Source of the DNA: Verrucomicrobiota bacterium
Lineage (GTDB): Bacteria > Verrucomicrobiota > Verrucomicrobiia > Opitutales > Coraliomargaritaceae
DNA length: 64,000 nucleotides
Assembly (NCBI GenBank): GCA_039815375.1
Contig: JBCBZJ010000005.1
Coordinates: 32,001-96,000 of the forward strand
Direction of reading: 5' to 3'
Shown: piece after piece, positions 52,334 through 62,636 of the stretch
How positions within the stretch are numbered: the stretch's first letter is position 1
Layout: each line of letters begins with the position of its first letter
Made by a program: the position numbers and the translations under genes
Notes under the pieces: generated by a model
Database searches by the model: none
What the model saw: the letters and a program-made list of their open reading frames with translations, nothing else
What the model was told of the DNA's origin: nothing

Positions 52334-53092
52334 ATGGCGGTTCTATGGAGTAATGTGGTCGACGGGAACCACTACGAAGTTCGTTCGGCTGGAGCGACCT
52401 TGCGGCTCTACCGCAATGGTGTAAACCACTCACAATGGAACCCGATTCGTCCTTTGGCAGGCTCGATTTGGGATTTGATTGTTTTACCCGCTCTGCAGCG
52501 ACCGCAAGGAAGCCTGCATGATGCTCTGATACTTGGCTTTGGTGCAGGCACTGTTGGTCGTCAATTACGAGATATAGTTGGTATTGAGCGAATCGTCGGT
52601 TTAGAGATGGACCCGATGCATCTTTCGATCGCGGACGGCTTTTTCGACTGCTCAGAGGGTTGTGAGCTGATCGCGGGAGATGCTGTCGAGTGGGTCTACG
52701 AGGAGGGAATAGAAGGCACTTATGATTTGGTTATTGATGACTTATACGCGGAAGAAGATGGAATTCCGGTCCGTAGTGCACCGTTGGATACAGATTGGTG
52801 TCGTAAATTAGCCGCTTTATTACGTCCCGGTGGCCTGTTGGTCTTTAATCTAATCGAGCCTGATAAAGTGAGCTCCATACCCCCCGTGCGTGATTCACAG
52901 TTAAACGAGAGATTCCCATTTAAGGTCGTGTATCATATTGACGGATACGAGAATCGGGTGCTTGCGCTAAGTGATGCCCCTTTTGCAGCCAAGGAGCTTG
53001 ATGCCGCGTTGAAGCAGACCTGTCAGCGCTTCCCGAGGTGCTACGGTGTGGCCAAGCGCTACCTGTCCTATGTGCCTCAGTCCTTTGGCTAA
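52334..53092 (+). CDS. SAM-dependent methyltransferase, spermidine-synthase-like
   Basis: YEVRSAG..RLYRNGV, LILGFGAG, GDA, YDLVIDDLY, LRPGGLLVFN. Confidence 0.85.
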   Translation: MAVLWSNVVDGNHYEVRSAGATLRLYRNGVNHSQWNPIRPLAGSIWDLIVLPALQRPQGSLHDALILGFGAGTVGRQLRDIVGIERIVGLEMDPMHLSIADGFFDCSEGCELIAGDAVEWVYEEGIEGTYDLVIDDLYAEEDGIPVRSAPLDTDWCRKLAALLRPGGLLVFNLIEPDKVSSIPPVRDSQLNERFPFKVVYHIDGYENRVLALSDAPFAAKELDAALKQTCQRFPRCYGVAKRYLSYVPQSFG

Positions 53093-55014
53093 AGGGGTTC
53101 TCTTTTGAGCGAGGTAATTACAATCTGCCCATCCAGCACACCTTCAAAACGAAAGAGGTAGTTTTCGCCATTATACGTACGCTCGATCTTCTCACCTGAA
53201 CGGTAGGCAACCCCGTCTACGAAAATAGTCCCCTTATTTTCCGGGCTATTTCCTTCGAACCAGGCATCGACTTTGATCGACTTTGAGGCCGCATTCCAGA
53301 GTTCAGCTTCTCCCGGAGATCGAGGCACTTTAAAGATATATTCGTCGGTGAGTTTTGTGCTCAGTAAGTTACTCGGAAAATACTCGCTTTCGTCTTCCCA
53401 AATGATTTCCAGGTCCGCGAGTGGCTCAGGTTCTAGGCTGGAGGGGATCGGTAAAGGGGCATTTGGAAAGTCGCTGAATTGCCAGGTCGGCGTATAGTAA
53501 CTCACTTTACTTTCGCCGCTTGGTAGAGAGCCGTCCAAAGCTAGACTTGGATTGAAACTACTTTCTAGTGCAAATGATGCAGCATTTTGACTGGCAAATG
53601 TATTGTTCGGGATGAAGCCACCTAAGCTTCCATTCGTTGCAAGACTTGCGATTCGTGAAGAAAGGTCTGCATCGAGCCATTGCTTTTGTTCCACGCTTGC
53701 ACGAGCGGTGGCTGGCTCCTGAAAGATCACGATGTCCGTCAGCTTCTGGTCGATACTCTGGGTATTGGTGAATGCAAAGAATCTTGCAGGAGCAAATGAA
53801 CCCATACTCCCGGGCGAGAAATTGACGGGCATACGCTCGCTGCGATCCTCCGGCAAGTCCCCATCTTTCCGATAGGAAGGCACATCGGGATTTAGATTGA
53901 TGCCGTTTAATCTACCGCTGCCTCCGGTTGCGGATTCCAGACTCTGTGCCATACCCCTTAGGTCGGCTCTTCTAAACGTTTCGACGAGTTTGCCCGAGTT
54001 TGCCTGAAGATCTGAAATCTGGCTTCGGACTTTATACATCTCCTCATCAAAGGCTTCGTCGCCGAACATGTCCTTTAGGAGTCCGGCGAATTGCTCGCTG
54101 TTTTCGCCACCAATCTTAACGCCTTTGAGGTTTTTAGTAATCTGCCTAAGTGATTCCAGAGTCGGAGGCATATCATTTGGTTCAGTGCTGCCTTCGGGCA
54201 GATCATCCGTGAAACCATAGACCTTGTTCATATCCTTCATGAAGCTGGCTAGATTCTGCAGATCCTCAGGAGTGGCATTCTTAAGATTCTCGAGCGAGTA
54301 GCGGTTTTCGAGGTCCACGCCTTGCTCCTGCATAAACGCACTCATTGCTGCGCGATACTCGGCAAGCTCGTCCTCTGACATACTCTCCATAAAAGCTCTT
54401 CGCTCCTGAATGAAGTTGATTCCGGACGCGAGATCCTTCGATAAAACCTCCTGTTCTTTATCGGATGACAGAAAAGCAATTGTCGAGAGGGCTTCGCGCA
54501 GAATTCTACCGATGTTGTTGCGACTTTCACCTTGGTAGTTTTTAGCCTGTTCCATCAGCATTTTCGTCTTCTCGTTTGAAACACCGGCGTATTCCGCAAA
54601 ACGCTGGCCCTCCGGCATAATTTTGAGAGAGAGGATCGGCGTGTAGTGGGCGAGAGCTAACTGTGCTGCGACGATTGCGATAGAACTTAGGATGCTACCA
54701 ATTACCGGGATCGAGACTAATTTGAAGACCAGAACAAAAGAAGTCAGAAACAATATGATCGCGATCAAAGCCATGATCACAGTCAAATCGACCGATCCGA
54801 GATAGTGGGTGTTGTTGAGTAGGAAGACTCGGGTGATGACTAAGAGAGTCGCAATCATCAGACCAGTGAAGAGCTTCGCATCGCCAAAGCCTTTGGAGAG
54901 AAGCTTGCAGGCTAAGACGACGACTATCCCCAGAACAAAGACTGAAGTAAGGTGCAATAGCCCATCAAGTGCCAACACTACAAATTCGTTCGAGAGTAGG
55001 GCTTTAAAATTCAC
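53089..55014 (-). CDS. Hypothetical membrane protein (four N-terminal TM helices, large soluble domain)
   Basis: 641-aa ORF with a hydrophobic first ~125 aa. Confidence 0.75.
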   Translation of the reverse strand: MNFKALLSNEFVVLALDGLLHLTSVFVLGIVVVLACKLLSKGFGDAKLFTGLMIATLLVITRVFLLNNTHYLGSVDLTVIMALIAIILFLTSFVLVFKLVSIPVIGSILSSIAIVAAQLALAHYTPILSLKIMPEGQRFAEYAGVSNEKTKMLMEQAKNYQGESRNNIGRILREALSTIAFLSSDKEQEVLSKDLASGINFIQERRAFMESMSEDELAEYRAAMSAFMQEQGVDLENRYSLENLKNATPEDLQNLASFMKDMNKVYGFTDDLPEGSTEPNDMPPTLESLRQITKNLKGVKIGGENSEQFAGLLKDMFGDEAFDEEMYKVRSQISDLQANSGKLVETFRRADLRGMAQSLESATGGSGRLNGINLNPDVPSYRKDGDLPEDRSERMPVNFSPGSMGSFAPARFFAFTNTQSIDQKLTDIVIFQEPATARASVEQKQWLDADLSSRIASLATNGSLGGFIPNNTFASQNAASFALESSFNPSLALDGSLPSGESKVSYYTPTWQFSDFPNAPLPIPSSLEPEPLADLEIIWEDESEYFPSNLLSTKLTDEYIFKVPRSPGEAELWNAASKSIKVDAWFEGNSPENKGTIFVDGVAYRSGEKIERTYNGENYLFRFEGVLDGQIVITSLKREPL

Positions 55015-55159
55015 AGCAGTTCCTAAGACTTTGTTTTTGTCTTATTTTCTCGGCAAGCCCAAACGGAAACCTTGCTAAGGCGGTTTGTAGGCTACGGTAA
55101 AATTCTTAAGAAATCCCTTTACAGTGTCTCACGAGGGACCTTTAGTCCTCCGTTTCACT

Positions 55160-55241
<82 letters not shown>

Positions 55242-55275
55242 ATTTAAGGTCGTCACTGATGTGGCGGCCTTCTTT

Positions 55276-55626
55276 GTGCATGTTGTGGATAATTCTTACA
55301 AAGTATACGTTTTAGAGAATCCAAATGGAAAGCGCTACATTGGTCTATCGGCTGATGTTGTCGAAAGGCTTCATCAGCACAACAATGGTGAATCGAAATG
55401 GACCTCTAGGTATTGCCCTTGGGAGTTGGTTTGGGCCAGCGATGAGTTGAGTCTTTCGGAAGCCCGTAAACTCGAAAACAAATTGAAGCGCCAAGGTCGA
55501 GGTTCAGGATTCTATTCGATAACCGGTCTGGACCGACTTAATCTAAGGCCTTTGTTGGAAGAAAAGGGTATTTCTGCATCTAAAGATCTGCAAACCGGTA
55601 AGTCTTTTCCGGCGCCGTTTCGTTGA
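55276..55626 (+). CDS. Small GIY-YIG nuclease family protein
   Basis: YKVYVL...RYIG...RLHQHN.G.SKWTSRYCPWELV...ARKLENKLK; start uncertain. Confidence 0.9.
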   Translation: MHVVDNSYKVYVLENPNGKRYIGLSADVVERLHQHNNGESKWTSRYCPWELVWASDELSLSEARKLENKLKRQGRGSGFYSITGLDRLNLRPLLEEKGISASKDLQTGKSFPAPFR

Positions 55627-55939
55627 TGGCAAGGCGATCTTTGTTGATTGGAAGTGTCAGAACAATGGAAGGCTTGTCGTCGGACCGCCCCGTGTAAGTC
55701 AATTGTCCAAGCCATGGACTTTTTTTCTCGGTGAAGTTGTAACTGCGACTCTCAAGGTCTTTGCCTAGTGCGACCATTTTTCCACGACTCATTCCGGTTC
55801 CGGCAAAATCGAGTATGAGGTAGCCATTATCGCCCTTATCTTCATCGAAGACGCAATTTACTTCCGGCGTGTGCTTCTGGACGATGACCAGTAATTTAGA
55901 AGTTTTTTCAAGTCGGTGGCGCAGGCTTCGAGGCTTCAT
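55580..55939 (-). CDS. Hypothetical protein
   Basis: MKPRSLRHRLEK... 119-aa ORF filling the gap, convergent with and overlapping the GIY-YIG gene. Confidence 0.65.
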   Translation of the reverse strand: MKPRSLRHRLEKTSKLLVIVQKHTPEVNCVFDEDKGDNGYLILDFAGTGMSRGKMVALGKDLESRSYNFTEKKSPWLGQLTYTGRSDDKPSIVLTLPINKDRLAINETAPEKTYRFADL

Positions 55940-56012
55940 TGAGCGAATATGAATAGCAGAGTTTTGATAATCAAGATTCGCCTTTGTTCCCAATTATGCT
56001 TTAGTCATTCAA

Positions 56013-56552
56013 ATGATTTCTATACTCGTTGGAACCAACCGTCCTGACGCAAACAGCCGTAAAGTGGCTGGCAAGTTACTCGAGCTCTACCAGTCTGCCG
56101 GTTTTGATGCGCAGGTGATTGATCTTGAGGAGTTGCCTCCAGAGATCTTCAAGCCGGAAGCTTACAGCGATAAGCCGGCCTCCTTTAAACCTTTTGCCGA
56201 TGCGGTTCTCTCTTCATCAGGGCTTCACGTTGTGACACCAGAATACAACGGCGGTTTTCCGGGCGTATTAAAATACTTTATCGATATGTTACCCTTCCCC
56301 GAGAGTTTTGAAGGACGCCCTGTCGCTTTTAACGGAGTTGCTGCCGGTATGTTCGGTGCACTGCGTCCCATCGAGCAGCTACAACAGATTTTCGGTTATC
56401 GAAATGCCAATATCTTTCCGAACCGGGTTTTCATCATGAAGGTTCATGAGAGTTTCAATGATAGTGGTGAGATAGTAGATGAAAAGCTTCTCGCCCGTCT
56501 GGATTCCCAAGCCAAAGGGTTCGCCGGCTTTGTTGGTCAATTGAAAGGCTAG
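56013..56552 (+). CDS. NADPH-dependent FMN reductase
   Basis: GTNRPDANS, TPEYNGGFPGVLKYFID, GALRPIEQL. Confidence 0.93.
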   Translation: MISILVGTNRPDANSRKVAGKLLELYQSAGFDAQVIDLEELPPEIFKPEAYSDKPASFKPFADAVLSSSGLHVVTPEYNGGFPGVLKYFIDMLPFPESFEGRPVAFNGVAAGMFGALRPIEQLQQIFGYRNANIFPNRVFIMKVHESFNDSGEIVDEKLLARLDSQAKGFAGFVGQLKG

Positions 56553-57421
56553 ATGTGCTGGAATAGTTGTTGTGCGTTCCAGCGGAAAAGCATCTCAAGT
56601 TCAGTATCCGACAGGCTGCCTTCGTTCTGGATCTGATCGATGAATTTTTTCATGTCTGCTTGTTTTTGTAGACGAGGGTACAGGCGTAAGGGGTAGTCGG
56701 AACCAAAGAGAATTTTCTCGGGCCCAACTCGTTCAATCACTTCGCGAAACTTGTCCACATCATAGAGCAGGGGATTGGCCGAAGAATCGAAGTAGAGATT
56801 TTTCGGCAATGGCTGATCGGTGAGCCACGGAATACCGCCGCCCCAGTGTGCCAGAATGATTTTCAGCTCGGGTGTTTTCTCAGCCATCCGTAAATAGTCA
56901 TCGAGAGGCGTTGCAACAGCACTGGGATGGTCGCCCGAATCGGCCGAAGCATGGAAGTTGACGGGCCAATCGTGCGTCGCGCACCATGTGGACATGCTCA
57001 GCCAATGTGGATCTTGTGAATCGAAGCCTTGAATTCCCGGGTGGAGTTCGCCGGCACCACAAAGGCCGAGCTCTTGAGCATATTCCAATTGCTCAATCAC
57101 ATCGACGTTCGGAAGAATCGATGCAAATCCAATAAAACGATCCGGTGCCTGCGCAACCCAATCTGAGATGATTCTATTGTGCCAACGACAAGTCGCTTCG
57201 TTTTCCCAATACCAGCCAAGCAAGGCGGCCTTATCGACACCGGCTCGGTCCATTTGGACCAACATTTGCTCGGGCGTGGCCCAGTCCTGAATACTCTTCC
57301 TGTCAGTCGGAGTAACGAGCTCGGCCCAATGGAGCTCATTGTTCGCCTCTGCCCATTTTCGTGGCGCCGAGCTCACCTCTTTGGGGTAGCAATGGGTATG
57401 GCAGTCGATGATCATGCTCAT
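56549..57421 (-). CDS. Amidohydrolase family 2 protein
   Basis: IIDCHTH, GELHP, AHWGGG, ILFGSDYP. Confidence 0.92.
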   Translation of the reverse strand: MSMIIDCHTHCYPKEVSSAPRKWAEANNELHWAELVTPTDRKSIQDWATPEQMLVQMDRAGVDKAALLGWYWENEATCRWHNRIISDWVAQAPDRFIGFASILPNVDVIEQLEYAQELGLCGAGELHPGIQGFDSQDPHWLSMSTWCATHDWPVNFHASADSGDHPSAVATPLDDYLRMAEKTPELKIILAHWGGGIPWLTDQPLPKNLYFDSSANPLLYDVDKFREVIERVGPEKILFGSDYPLRLYPRLQKQADMKKFIDQIQNEGSLSDTELEMLFRWNAQQLFQHI

Positions 57422-57467
57422 TCTTTTGAGGAATCTGCCTTTTTCGTTTCCATCTACAAGCACGCAC

Positions 57468-58280
57468 ATGCCTGAACTCGCTGAAGTTGAATATTATCGC
57501 AAGCAATGGTCACCCGGGATCGGACTGATGGTCCGATCGGTTCACTTAAATGAGAAGAAGAGGATTTTTCGAGGTGAGGACACTGAAGCCCTTCAAAGTA
57601 GTCTAGTCGGACAGACACTTGAGCGGTCAGAAACGCATGGAAAACAGATGCTATTTGTTCTTGGGGAGCGTCACTGGCTTGGTATTCATCTTGGCATGAC
57701 GGGAGAGACCTCCGTTCAACCCGTAGACTATAAGCGGCAGAAACACGATCATCTGGTTCTGGAAATGGAGTCGGGTCTAAGGCTCGTCTATTCGGACCCG
57801 CGTATGTTTGGGCGTATTCGCTATGCAACCGGTCTGGAGGCTCCCGATTGGTGGGCGATTCTTCCGCCGCAGATTTTATCCGAATCATTTACGATCGAAT
57901 ACATGCAGGCTTTTCTGAAACGGCGTGCCAAAGCTCCAATCAAAGCCGTCCTGCTCATGCAGGAGGCATTTCCTGGAGTCGGGAACTGGATGGCTGACGA
58001 GATTCTTTGGCGCTGTCGTATCTATCCTGCTGTGCCTGCCGGTTGCATCGGTTCGAGCAAGCGTATTGAATTGTTTGATACACTAAAGGAGGTCTGTCGC
58101 GAGGCCATCCGTGTGATTGGCACGGATTGGAACAGGCCTCCGGATAATTGGCTTTTCAACCACAGATGGAAAGACGGCGGCACATGTCCAGCTACGGGAA
58201 AGCCGTTGTGTCGGGAGCCCATCGGTGGCCGAACCACCTGTTGGTCACCTAGTTGGCAGACCTACCGTGGAAAAAGCTAA
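57468..58280 (+). CDS. mutM: Fpg/Nei family DNA glycosylase
   Basis: MPELAEVE, HGKQM, HLGMTG, DPRMFG, GVGNWMADE, GGRTTCWSP. Confidence 0.9.
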   Translation: MPELAEVEYYRKQWSPGIGLMVRSVHLNEKKRIFRGEDTEALQSSLVGQTLERSETHGKQMLFVLGERHWLGIHLGMTGETSVQPVDYKRQKHDHLVLEMESGLRLVYSDPRMFGRIRYATGLEAPDWWAILPPQILSESFTIEYMQAFLKRRAKAPIKAVLLMQEAFPGVGNWMADEILWRCRIYPAVPAGCIGSSKRIELFDTLKEVCREAIRVIGTDWNRPPDNWLFNHRWKDGGTCPATGKPLCREPIGGRTTCWSPSWQTYRGKS

Positions 58281-58322
58281 GTCTCAGCAGTTGTCATTCC
58301 TCCAGAATCGGCTTTGAATGCC

Positions 58323-59159
58323 ATGATGAACTGGCAAACTGCCCGCAAATTTGAAGACATCCTCTATGAAAAGTGTGATGGCATCGCTAAGGTGACGATT
58401 AATCGACCGCATCGTCGCAATGCCTTCACGCCGGACACAGTTGCAGAGATGATCGAAGCTTTCTCTGATGCGAAAGACGACACTTCGATCGGCGTTGTTC
58501 TGTTAACTGGCTTCAATCCGCAGACAGATGGAAGATTCGCCTTTTGTGCGGGTGGCGATCAGAAGATCCGTGGTCATAAGGCCGGCGGTTATGTCGGGAA
58601 GGACGGCGTGCCACGGCTTAATGTGCTTGATCTGCAAAAACTCATCCGCTCGATGCCCAAGGTTGTCATTGCACTCGTGGCGGGTTACGCAATTGGAGGC
58701 GGTCACGTTCTGCATGTCGTGTGTGACATGACCATTGCGGCGGACAATGCCGTTTTCGGTCAAACCGGCCCTAAGGTGGGTAGTTTCGACGGTGGCTTTG
58801 GTTCAAGTTATCTGGCTCGGATTATCGGTCAGAAGAAGGCACGTGAAATCTGGTATTTGTGCCGCCAATACAGTGCTCAGGAGGCACTCGATATGGGCTT
58901 GGTCAATAAGGTTGTGCCCTATGAGCTGCTCGAGTCAGAGGGCGTGCAATGGGCGAGTGAAATTTTGCAGCACAGTCCGCTGTCGATTCGCTGTTTGAAA
59001 GCTGCTTTTAATGCAGACGTTGACGGGCAGCAAGGACTGCAGGAGCTCGCCGGTAATGCAACGCTCCTTTACTATTTGACCGAAGAGGGCGAAGAGGGGC
59101 GAAAGGCCTGGAATGAAAAGCGCCCGCCCGAATATAAAAAGTATCCTTGGCTCCCATGA
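58323..59159 (+). CDS. menB: 1,4-dihydroxy-2-naphthoyl-CoA synthase
   Basis: [50 protein letters not shown]. Confidence 0.96.
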   Translation: MMNWQTARKFEDILYEKCDGIAKVTINRPHRRNAFTPDTVAEMIEAFSDAKDDTSIGVVLLTGFNPQTDGRFAFCAGGDQKIRGHKAGGYVGKDGVPRLNVLDLQKLIRSMPKVVIALVAGYAIGGGHVLHVVCDMTIAADNAVFGQTGPKVGSFDGGFGSSYLARIIGQKKAREIWYLCRQYSAQEALDMGLVNKVVPYELLESEGVQWASEILQHSPLSIRCLKAAFNADVDGQQGLQELAGNATLLYYLTEEGEEGRKAWNEKRPPEYKKYPWLP

Positions 59160-60655
59160 TTTTAATAAGATACCACCACTTGTTTCTTCTACTTTTAGTA
59201 TGTAGCCCTCTTTTTATCGGTTGCGCGGCCGAAGAGGAGACCAAATTCACAGTCGTTGCCTACAATGTGGAGAACTTCTTTGACATCGATGGAGTCGCGA
59301 TGTTTGACGACTACAAGGTTCCTGACGAGCCCGGTGCTTTTACCTACTCTCGCCATAAGCTTGCTACCAAACTGAACAATGCAGTTGCCGTTTTGAAGAC
59401 GCTGGACAGCGGTGCGGGGCCGGATGTTATTCTCTTTCAGGAGTTTGAAAACGACTTCACACCTGAATCCTCGGTAGAAGACTTCGATGCTTTTCTTTCT
59501 GCACACATCGAGACGACTGTAAACGAGATGCTTCTTGAAGGATGGAAGGAAGAGTTTGCCGGAATCCCTTCGGTCGCATGGATGGTCAAAGCAATGGCTG
59601 ACGCGGGAATGTCGGGTTATGAAGTGGCGGTTGCTCCGGTCAAGACCTTCGACTCGGGGATCGCCCATGTGAACGCGATCTTTTCACGATTTCCAATTCA
59701 GCAGGCCATCTCTCATCCCACACCGGATGCTCGGGATATCCTTGAGGCGCAACTATCAGTCAACGGGAACGCTATTTGGGTTTATTGCAATCATTGGAAG
59801 TCGGGTGCCTCAAGCCCTTCGAGGGAACCGATCCGGGTGGAAAATGCGAAGACTCTGCGTGCTCTGGTAGATGCACGGCTGGCGGAAGACCCGCAGGCTG
59901 ATATCATAATCGGCGGCGACTTGAACTCGCATTACAATCATTCAATTCTCTTTCCGGAAATCGAAACTGGAATAAACGACGTGCTTGGTTCTCACGGCAG
60001 CGAGGCCTTTGCCGAGAATGACCTCTACAATCTATGGTTTGAGCTTCCGGTTCCAGAGCGCTACTCTGAAGTCTGGAGAGGGCGCCGGGGCACACTCATG
60101 CATCTTCTCGTTTCTTCCGGGCTCTATGATGGAGCCGGGGTAAGTTACGTTGATCAGAGCTTCGATAAACTTGTAATCAAAGGGCTTAATGCGGATCAGC
60201 TTGGTCGGCCGCGTAGCTGGCACTTCGCAGGCAAAACTGGCGGTGGCGTTTCAGATCACTTTCCGGTTTTTGCCAAATTCTCGACGGCCTCATTTTCTCC
60301 TGTTGCTGATCTTTCAACTGGTCTTGATGCACCTGCCGAAGAGATTCCGCTTGGCTTCGAATCGGAAAATGTCCGTATCGGAGCGCTGCCGGATGGCGAA
60401 TATCTTGCCGAGCTAACGGATGACGAGCTGGCAGCGAAAGTGGACATACTGCACGTTGTGGAAGCAGAAGTAACCAGTTTCCGGCCTCTTCGATTACGAG
60501 TGAATCAGAATGACTGGGCTGCTTATGCGCCAGCGAGCCGTAATGTGGATCAGCTTCGTCGGATCGGACTTCGTAAAAAGACTCCGATGGTTGTCAGTCC
60601 GGGCTTCTGGAGGGGTGAGCGCCAGTTGATTGTCGAGGGAATAGTCACACGCTAG
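59156..60655 (+). CDS. Endonuclease/exonuclease/phosphatase family lipoprotein
   Basis: FIGC lipobox; [30 protein letters not shown]. Confidence 0.88.
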   Translation: MILIRYHHLFLLLLVCSPLFIGCAAEEETKFTVVAYNVENFFDIDGVAMFDDYKVPDEPGAFTYSRHKLATKLNNAVAVLKTLDSGAGPDVILFQEFENDFTPESSVEDFDAFLSAHIETTVNEMLLEGWKEEFAGIPSVAWMVKAMADAGMSGYEVAVAPVKTFDSGIAHVNAIFSRFPIQQAISHPTPDARDILEAQLSVNGNAIWVYCNHWKSGASSPSREPIRVENAKTLRALVDARLAEDPQADIIIGGDLNSHYNHSILFPEIETGINDVLGSHGSEAFAENDLYNLWFELPVPERYSEVWRGRRGTLMHLLVSSGLYDGAGVSYVDQSFDKLVIKGLNADQLGRPRSWHFAGKTGGGVSDHFPVFAKFSTASFSPVADLSTGLDAPAEEIPLGFESENVRIGALPDGEYLAELTDDELAAKVDILHVVEAEVTSFRPLRLRVNQNDWAAYAPASRNVDQLRRIGLRKKTPMVVSPGFWRGERQLIVEGIVTR

Positions 60656-60711
60656 ACTTCTCGAAGTGGGCTTGCACCGATGCGCCATTTCGCGCAACTT
60701 CCACCGCTTCC

Positions 60712-62247
60712 ATGGATAAGAAGTTCTATATCACCACTGCCATCGATTATGCCAATGGCTCGCCACACCTCGGCCATGCCTATGAAAAAGTGCTGACGGA
60801 TATCGTTGCACGCTTTCGTCGAATGATGGGTGATGAGGTTAAATTTGTCACTGGTCTTGATGAGCATGGGCAGAAAGTTCAAATGTCGGCACAAAAGGCA
60901 GGAGTGCCACCGATTGAGATATGCGACCGTCTTGCAGAGGAGTTTCAGGCTCTCTGCAATCGCCTTGAAATTTCGAACGACGACTACATCCGTACCACAC
61001 AGGAGCGCCACAAGAGAGTGGTTCAGGACATTCTGCAAAAGCTCTACGACAAAGGAGAAATTTATAAAGCCGACTACAATGGTTACTACAGCGTCCGCCA
61101 GGAACAGTTTGTGACAGAGAAAGAGAAGGTCGATGGCGAGTGGCCCGAGATCTACGGTGATGTGGTCGAAGTCACTGAAACGAACTATTTTTTCAAGCTC
61201 GCGCAGTATCAGGATTGGTTACTCGATTTCATTCAGAGTAACGAGGACCTTATCTACCCGCGCTTTCGCAGTGCGGATGTGTTGCAGTTCCTTAAAGAGC
61301 CGCTCAATGATCTTTGCATTTCACGCCCGAAAGAACGTCTGGAATGGGGCATAGAACTTCCGTTCGATACCGGCTTCGTAACTTATGTCTGGTTCGATGC
61401 GCTTACCAACTACATCACCGCGGCCGGCTATGGTGCTGACGACTTTGAGCAACATTGGCCCGTTGACTACCATGTCATCGGTAAAGACATTTTAGTGCCG
61501 CCGCACGCAGTCTATTGGCCGATCATGCTCAAGGCGCTCGATATCCCACTGCCGAAGCATTTTCTAGTCCACGGTTGGTGGCTCAGCTCAGGTGCGAAAA
61601 TGTCTAAAAGCACAGGTGACGTGGTCAATCCGCTTGATCTCATCGATCAGTTCGGAGCCGATGCCTTCCGCTACTTTGTCACCCGCGAGATGAACGTTGG
61701 GCAGGACAGCGAATTTTCACAGGACTTATTCATGAGTCGCTATAACAGCGACCTCGCCAATGACCTAGGTAACCTCGTCAGCCGTTTGCTCAACATGGGC
61801 GGCCGCTATACCGAAAGCAAAGTTCCAGAGGCCAGACTTGAGGAAGCTCCTGAAAAAGAACTCAAGGCGCTTTGGAATACAACTGCTCAGGAGCTCATCC
61901 CGCTATACGAGGGTTTCCAATTCCACAAAGCGCTCGACCGGATCTTTACCTTTATCTCCGGTATCAACAAATATGCCGAGACTCGGGCACCCTGGAAGCT
62001 GGCAAAGTCAGATACACCTGAAGATCAGGAAGCGCTTAAGACCTCTCTGGCTACGATGGCAGAGGCACTGCGTCTTTCGGTTGTACTGCTCACTCCTGTT
62101 ATGCCCGATATTTCCTCAAAGGTGCGCAGCTTGATTGGCGCTGTGGACTTCGATTTAATTGAAGGACAATTGGAGTGGGGTAGTTCGCTCGAAGGTCAGG
62201 CACTCGGTGAAAAGACGATTCTCTTTCCCCGTCCAGAGAAAAGCTAG
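60712..62247 (+). CDS. metG: Methionine--tRNA ligase (short form, no C-terminal tRNA-binding domain)
   Basis: YANGSPHLGH, DEHGQK, YVWFDAL, IGKDI, KMSKS. Confidence 0.97.
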   Translation: MDKKFYITTAIDYANGSPHLGHAYEKVLTDIVARFRRMMGDEVKFVTGLDEHGQKVQMSAQKAGVPPIEICDRLAEEFQALCNRLEISNDDYIRTTQERHKRVVQDILQKLYDKGEIYKADYNGYYSVRQEQFVTEKEKVDGEWPEIYGDVVEVTETNYFFKLAQYQDWLLDFIQSNEDLIYPRFRSADVLQFLKEPLNDLCISRPKERLEWGIELPFDTGFVTYVWFDALTNYITAAGYGADDFEQHWPVDYHVIGKDILVPPHAVYWPIMLKALDIPLPKHFLVHGWWLSSGAKMSKSTGDVVNPLDLIDQFGADAFRYFVTREMNVGQDSEFSQDLFMSRYNSDLANDLGNLVSRLLNMGGRYTESKVPEARLEEAPEKELKALWNTTAQELIPLYEGFQFHKALDRIFTFISGINKYAETRAPWKLAKSDTPEDQEALKTSLATMAEALRLSVVLLTPVMPDISSKVRSLIGAVDFDLIEGQLEWGSSLEGQALGEKTILFPRPEKS

Positions 62248-62258
62248 TGCAATTGTAG

Positions 62259-62288
62259 ATGAAGGGGCTGCTTCAAAGGCCTCTTCAT
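62259..62288. terminator. Hairpin between convergent metG and DUF4032-like genes
   Basis: ATGAAGGGGC...GCCTCTTCAT inverted repeat. Confidence 0.55.
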
Positions 62289-62294
62289 GAACGC

Positions 62295-62549
62295 TTACTT
62301 CTTGTCATTTAAGCGATTGTTGCGGGTCTGTCGCCAGCTTTCGCGATGTTTGCGTATCCAGTCAAGGAGTGCACGCTCGAAGCCTATGTCCTTGCCGAGC
62401 TTCTCAGACTCCAGCCATTTGTGTTTTAAGATTTCTTCGCGTTCCGCGAGGAATTCCTGATAAAGACTGGAGCGTTGTGCAAAATCTTGCTTCGAACTGG
62501 GTGCAGCTACGGATGCGGGCATTTTTTTTTCGTTTTCGTCCTGACTCAT
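62295..62549 (-). CDS. DUF4032-like small protein
   Basis: SLYQEFLAEREEILKHKWLESEKLGKDIGFERALLDW. Confidence 0.8.
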   Translation of the reverse strand: MSQDENEKKMPASVAAPSSKQDFAQRSSLYQEFLAEREEILKHKWLESEKLGKDIGFERALLDWIRKHRESWRQTRNNRLNDKK

Positions 62550-62636
62550 GCAGATGTGGTGGCAATTTGTGACAGAATGGTAAAACTACCATTCTGAATC
62601 ACTTAGGCTAGTCCAAAAACACCACTAGGCTATTTT

